Of a DNA stretch of 64,000 nucleotides, positions 60,605 through 64,000 are shown piece after piece (within the stretch, counting starts at the first letter, position 1; each line of letters starts with the position of its first letter). The position numbers and the translations under genes were made by a program. The stretch spans positions 8,311-72,310 of the forward strand of contig NZ_JBIICD010000008.1 in NCBI RefSeq assembly GCF_044239045.1. The letters run 5' to 3'. The stretch comes from Sphingorhabdus sp. (GTDB lineage: Bacteria > Pseudomonadota > Alphaproteobacteria > Sphingomonadales > Sphingomonadaceae). The notes under the pieces were generated by a model. The model was not told where the DNA came from. It saw only the letters and a list, made by a program, of their open reading frames with translations, and did not search any database.

Positions 60605-60683
60605 CATATGGTTGGGTTTCATTTTTTGTGCAAGTGCGAACAGTGCAATAGCTGTTGCAAATGATGCAACTATTAATTATAAG
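60605..60683. promoter_or_regulatory. Divergent sRNA/LysR promoter region with a palindromic LysR site
   Basis: Minus: -35 at 60628-33, -10 at 60605-10; plus: TTGCAA(60655)-N17-TATAAG(60678); TTGCA-AATGA-TGCAA (T-N11-A) at 60655-60669. Confidence 0.6.
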
Positions 60684-60763
60684 TTTAAGCTGAATTTCGC
60701 GACATTTATACGATTGCGAGATCAAAATATTTTTGTTGCAGTGCGGCAAAATTAGGAGATGAT

Positions 60764-61639
60764 ATGCGCAGATTGCCCCCCTTACGCTCACTGGAAGCCT
60801 TTTTACGCGTCGCTAAACTGGGTTCGGCAAAAGCGGCCGCGAGTGAACTCGCTTTATCTCCACCTGCACTAAGCCGTCGTATCAAGGCGCTGGAAGACTT
60901 CATCGGTAAATCCCTGTTTGACCGCCGCGCACAAGCGATGGTCATTAATGCGGATGGCGAGGCACTTCTCGCGGCCGTTGAACCCGCAATGGACGCAATG
61001 GCTGAGGCGGTTGACGAACTCGCTGGACGTGGCGGGGAATATCGCCTGCGTCTGGGTCTTTTGCCGCTTTTTGGCTCGCAAAGGCTTATTCCGCGCTTAC
61101 CTGAACTACGTAAGGCGTTTCCAAAGCTACATATCGATGTGGACACATCTGGTCATGCCGAAAATCTGCTGGGTGATGTCGTCGACGCGGCCATCATCAT
61201 CTCAGCAGACGTCGACCCCAAGCTTTACAGTGTCCGGTTAGACCGCAACCTTGTTTACGCCATCGCCTCTGAAAAATGGGCGAATGAGCATAATGTCGAA
61301 AAGCCTGAGGACCTCGCAAAGCATACCGTCATGGTTCACAGTGACATGCCTATGATATTTGACGCATGGCGACAGGCCATGGGGGTCCCCCGCCTGAAGC
61401 CGGCTGCGATCGACAGCCTGGATAGTGGCGCATTAATGTTGGAGGCGGCTGCAAATGGTCTTGGCGTTGCGATCATGCACGGAAGCCACTTTTCTGACGC
61501 GCGCGACCCGCGCCTGACACGTCTTTTCAATACAGAAGTAGAAAGCCCATATAGCTATTACTTCGTGTGTCGCCCACGTGCGCTGAAGCAGCGAGCCGTA
61601 AAAATCTTTCATGACTGGTTGTTGAAGTCAGGCGTATAA
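60764..61639 (+). CDS. LysR-family regulator, GcvA-like
   Basis: MRRLPPLRSLEAFLRVAKLGSAKAAASELALSPPALSRRIKALE HTH; substrate-binding domain ending FHDWL. Confidence 0.92.
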   Translation: MRRLPPLRSLEAFLRVAKLGSAKAAASELALSPPALSRRIKALEDFIGKSLFDRRAQAMVINADGEALLAAVEPAMDAMAEAVDELAGRGGEYRLRLGLLPLFGSQRLIPRLPELRKAFPKLHIDVDTSGHAENLLGDVVDAAIIISADVDPKLYSVRLDRNLVYAIASEKWANEHNVEKPEDLAKHTVMVHSDMPMIFDAWRQAMGVPRLKPAAIDSLDSGALMLEAAANGLGVAIMHGSHFSDARDPRLTRLFNTEVESPYSYYFVCRPRALKQRAVKIFHDWLLKSGV

Positions 61640-61807
61640 ATGCGCGTGTTTCCTTAACGCCTGTGCGTGACATTCAGTCAATTTGGCTCTCCCTGCCCGT
61701 TTAAACCGGATCTGATTTGCATTTCCGGACTGGCGACCGTCATCATCAACCGATTGCGATGGAGCGAAGCACTTGACCCAGTCGGCGGTGGACGTCATTG
61801 CGGTAGT

Positions 61808-62047
61808 ATGACTCAAGACGTAGCCGATATGAATTTTGAAACCGCGCTGCGTGCGCTAGAAGACATCGTCCATAAGTTGGAAAGCGGTGAAGCGCCGCTC
61901 GATGAGTCCATAGCGCTGTACGAACGCGGCAATGCTTTGCGGGCCTTGTGCCAACAGCGGCTTGATGCGGCAAAGGCGCGCATTGAGGCCATAGTGCAAG
62001 GGCCTGACGGCACGCCAACGGGTACAACAACATTCGATGCCGGATGA
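61808..62047 (+). CDS. xseB: Exodeoxyribonuclease VII small subunit
   Basis: FETALRALEDIVHKLESGEAPLDESIALYERG; start ATG 61808. Confidence 0.95.
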   Translation: MTQDVADMNFETALRALEDIVHKLESGEAPLDESIALYERGNALRALCQQRLDAAKARIEAIVQGPDGTPTGTTTFDAG

Positions 62048-62952
62048 GCAATATGGCTGCGCAATCATCCTTGTTACAAGACGCACTCGCGCAAATTGCA
62101 GCGGACATTGATCACGAATTTGACACGCTTCTAACGCTGCCTGGTGATGCGCGGGACCGTCTATATGCCTCCATGCGCCACGCGGCGATTGGCGGCGGCA
62201 AGCGCCTCCGTCCGTTGCTTGTGACCGCAACCGCGGCTCTTTTCCACGCGGACCGTGCGGTTGCATTGCGCGTTGGCACGGCTGTCGAAGCCATTCATGT
62301 TTACTCTTTGGTGCATGACGACTTGCCCTGCATGGATGACGACGACATGCGACGGGGCAAACCGACAGTGCACCGCGCATTTGATGAGGCAACCGCAGTT
62401 TTGGCCGGCGATTCCCTGCATGCTTTGGCATTCGAAATACTTGCGAACTCGCAAACGCATAGCGACCCGTTCGTGCGCGGTGAACTAATCTCAACACTGG
62501 CTTTAGCAAGCGGCCCAGAAGGCATGGCCGGCGGGCAGATGATGGATATTGAGGCCGAGAAATCGGTTGTTGATTTGCAAACGGTCATGCGCTTGCAAGC
62601 GCTGAAGACAGGCGCACTTATCGCTGCCAGCGTCGAAATGGGAGCGATATTGGGGCATATCCCACCTGAAGGCCGGACACATTTACGCGGATATGCGCGC
62701 GATATTGGCCTCGCCTTTCAGATTGCCGACGACATCATGGATGTTGAAGGTGATCCAGAACTAGCTGGCAAAGCGCTGCAAAAAGACGCGGCAGCCAATA
62801 AAGGCACATTTGTATCTCTGATGGGCCTCGAACGCGCCAAGCAGCAAGCGGAAATGCTTGTGCAGCAGGCCAACGACCATCTATCGAGTTATGGCGCCGA
62901 AGCCGATCTTTTACGCGCCATTGCAAATTATATCACCGAAAGGGATCGCTGA
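62044..62952 (+). CDS. ispA: Polyprenyl (farnesyl) diphosphate synthase
   Basis: GGKRLRP, HDDLPCMDDDDMRRG (FARM), KTGAL, FQIADD (SARM). Confidence 0.95.
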   Translation: MSNMAAQSSLLQDALAQIAADIDHEFDTLLTLPGDARDRLYASMRHAAIGGGKRLRPLLVTATAALFHADRAVALRVGTAVEAIHVYSLVHDDLPCMDDDDMRRGKPTVHRAFDEATAVLAGDSLHALAFEILANSQTHSDPFVRGELISTLALASGPEGMAGGQMMDIEAEKSVVDLQTVMRLQALKTGALIAASVEMGAILGHIPPEGRTHLRGYARDIGLAFQIADDIMDVEGDPELAGKALQKDAAANKGTFVSLMGLERAKQQAEMLVQQANDHLSSYGAEADLLRAIANYITERDR

Positions 62953-63462
62953 ATGACACACCGGATTGGCGTATATCCCGGTACATTTGACCCTATCACC
63001 TTGGGCCATATGGACATCATCCGACGCGGCGCGAAACTGGTGGATGAGTTGATCATTGGTGTAACCACGAACGCTGCTAAATCTCCAATGTTTTCCGATG
63101 ATGAACGGATTGCAATGGTCGAGCGTGAAGTCGCCAGCATCGGTTCGACGCATATTCGCGTGGTGGGATTCAACTCGCTGCTGATGGATTTCGCCGAAGC
63201 CCAAGGTGCAAGCATCGTCATTCGGGGTATTCGGGGCGTCACAGATTTCGAATATGAATATCAGCTAACGGGCATGAACCGCCAGTTGAATGATCGCGTC
63301 GAAACGCTGTTTTTAATGGCCGACGTGTCTCTACAACCCATTGCCTCGCGGCTGGTGAAGGAAATTGCGATTTACGGCGGCGAAATTGGAAAATTTGTGA
63401 CGCCCGCTATTCGCGACGAGGTCGTTGCCCGCGTGCAAAAGTTGGGCAAAAAAGCCGGTTAA
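62953..63462 (+). CDS. coaD: Pantetheine-phosphate adenylyltransferase
   Basis: YPGTFDPITLGH.DII.R, IRGIRGVTDFEYE, IASRLVKE. Confidence 0.97.
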   Translation: MTHRIGVYPGTFDPITLGHMDIIRRGAKLVDELIIGVTTNAAKSPMFSDDERIAMVEREVASIGSTHIRVVGFNSLLMDFAEAQGASIVIRGIRGVTDFEYEYQLTGMNRQLNDRVETLFLMADVSLQPIASRLVKEIAIYGGEIGKFVTPAIRDEVVARVQKLGKKAG

Positions 63463-63465
63463 ACG

Positions 63466-63969
63466 CTAAATTGGTTTGCGTCGCTTGCGTTCCGTAGGTT
63501 TTGGAGTCGGTGGTAGTTCTAGATATTCCTCCGGCACATAAATGGCATAGGTGGCCAAACGGACTTCACGGACGAACTGGAACAGGCAAGCCGACAGCAA
63601 CACCAGCGCCAGCATGAACAACGCCACGGCGACCCAAGCAGCATGCGTGTTGGTAAGCCCTAACACAAATAGCGCGACAATCATGACGCACACCGAAATG
63701 GCAGACAGCACCGCAAATAATATCGACGAACCAACGACGCGCATGCGCTTTTCGATGATACGCAATTCCCGCACGACACGTTCATGCGCAGCGCCTTTCG
63801 TGTCAGCATATTGACGCTGCAAATCGCGTGACCGATCAACAATGCGCGATAGGCGGCCAGTCAAAACATTGAGGAGGCTGCCTACCGCGACCAGCAGAAA
63901 CGCCGGCGTCAGCGCCGTCTGTAAAACAGAAATGACGGCGGCAAGATCGGGACCAAATTTACCGTCCAT
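63466..63969 (-). CDS. DUF2721 membrane protein
   Basis: ALTPAFLLVAVG.LLNVLTGRLSRIVDRSR pattern with TM helices. Confidence 0.82.
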   Translation of the reverse strand: MDGKFGPDLAAVISVLQTALTPAFLLVAVGSLLNVLTGRLSRIVDRSRDLQRQYADTKGAAHERVVRELRIIEKRMRVVGSSILFAVLSAISVCVMIVALFVLGLTNTHAAWVAVALFMLALVLLSACLFQFVREVRLATYAIYVPEEYLELPPTPKPTERKRRKPI

Positions 63970-64000
63970 TTTGCTTCTCTACCGCCAGGGCCCGCAAATC

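Noticed and set aside
61667-61807. N-terminal extension of xseB or a 62-aa antisense ORF
   Set aside because: XseB homology starts at 61808; the extension has no motif.
1-64000. tRNA, rRNA, tmRNA, IS transposases, toxin-antitoxin or defence genes
   Set aside because: No T-loop/anticodon arm patterns in intergenic gaps and no matching protein motifs were seen by eye; an Infernal/tRNAscan run would be needed to exclude them fully.

Overview
A core chromosomal region of an alphaproteobacterium of the Sphingomonadales (Sphingorhabdus-like; inferred from gene content, synteny and roughly 52-60% GC, not from a marker gene). About 65 CDSs, mostly housekeeping: an Mla/Mce-type ABC operon, lgt, glnD, ompA, rluE, lnt, metK, trmB, thiS-thiG, aroQ-accB-accC, class I lysS, a DinG helicase, rpmF-plsX-fabH-ihfA-merR, phaZ, ptsP-rodZ-cpoB-tilS-ftsH, rpoZ and xseB-ispA-coaD. 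I found no tRNA, rRNA, CRISPR array or intact transposase. Main points of interest: (1) a chimeric ORF at 10.9-11.4 kb fusing a small-terminase-like N-terminus to a DUF2793 C-terminus, read as the scar of a deleted gene transfer agent (GTA)/phage cluster, which keeps a promoter and a leader terminator; (2) a phage-style CI/Cro-like switch at 41-42.2 kb with two 14-bp operators and an alphaproteobacterial LexA box, possibly the orphaned regulator of that lost cluster; (3) an unannotated ~63-nt anti-Shine-Dalgarno sRNA divergent from a GcvA-like LysR gene with the typical binding-site geometry; (4) a nested REP/MITE-like repeat cluster beside a truncated epimerase remnant; (5) several shortened genes (RodZ, RcnB-like) consistent with deletion-driven streamlining. 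Family calls come from recognised motifs and recalled synteny; no database search was run.
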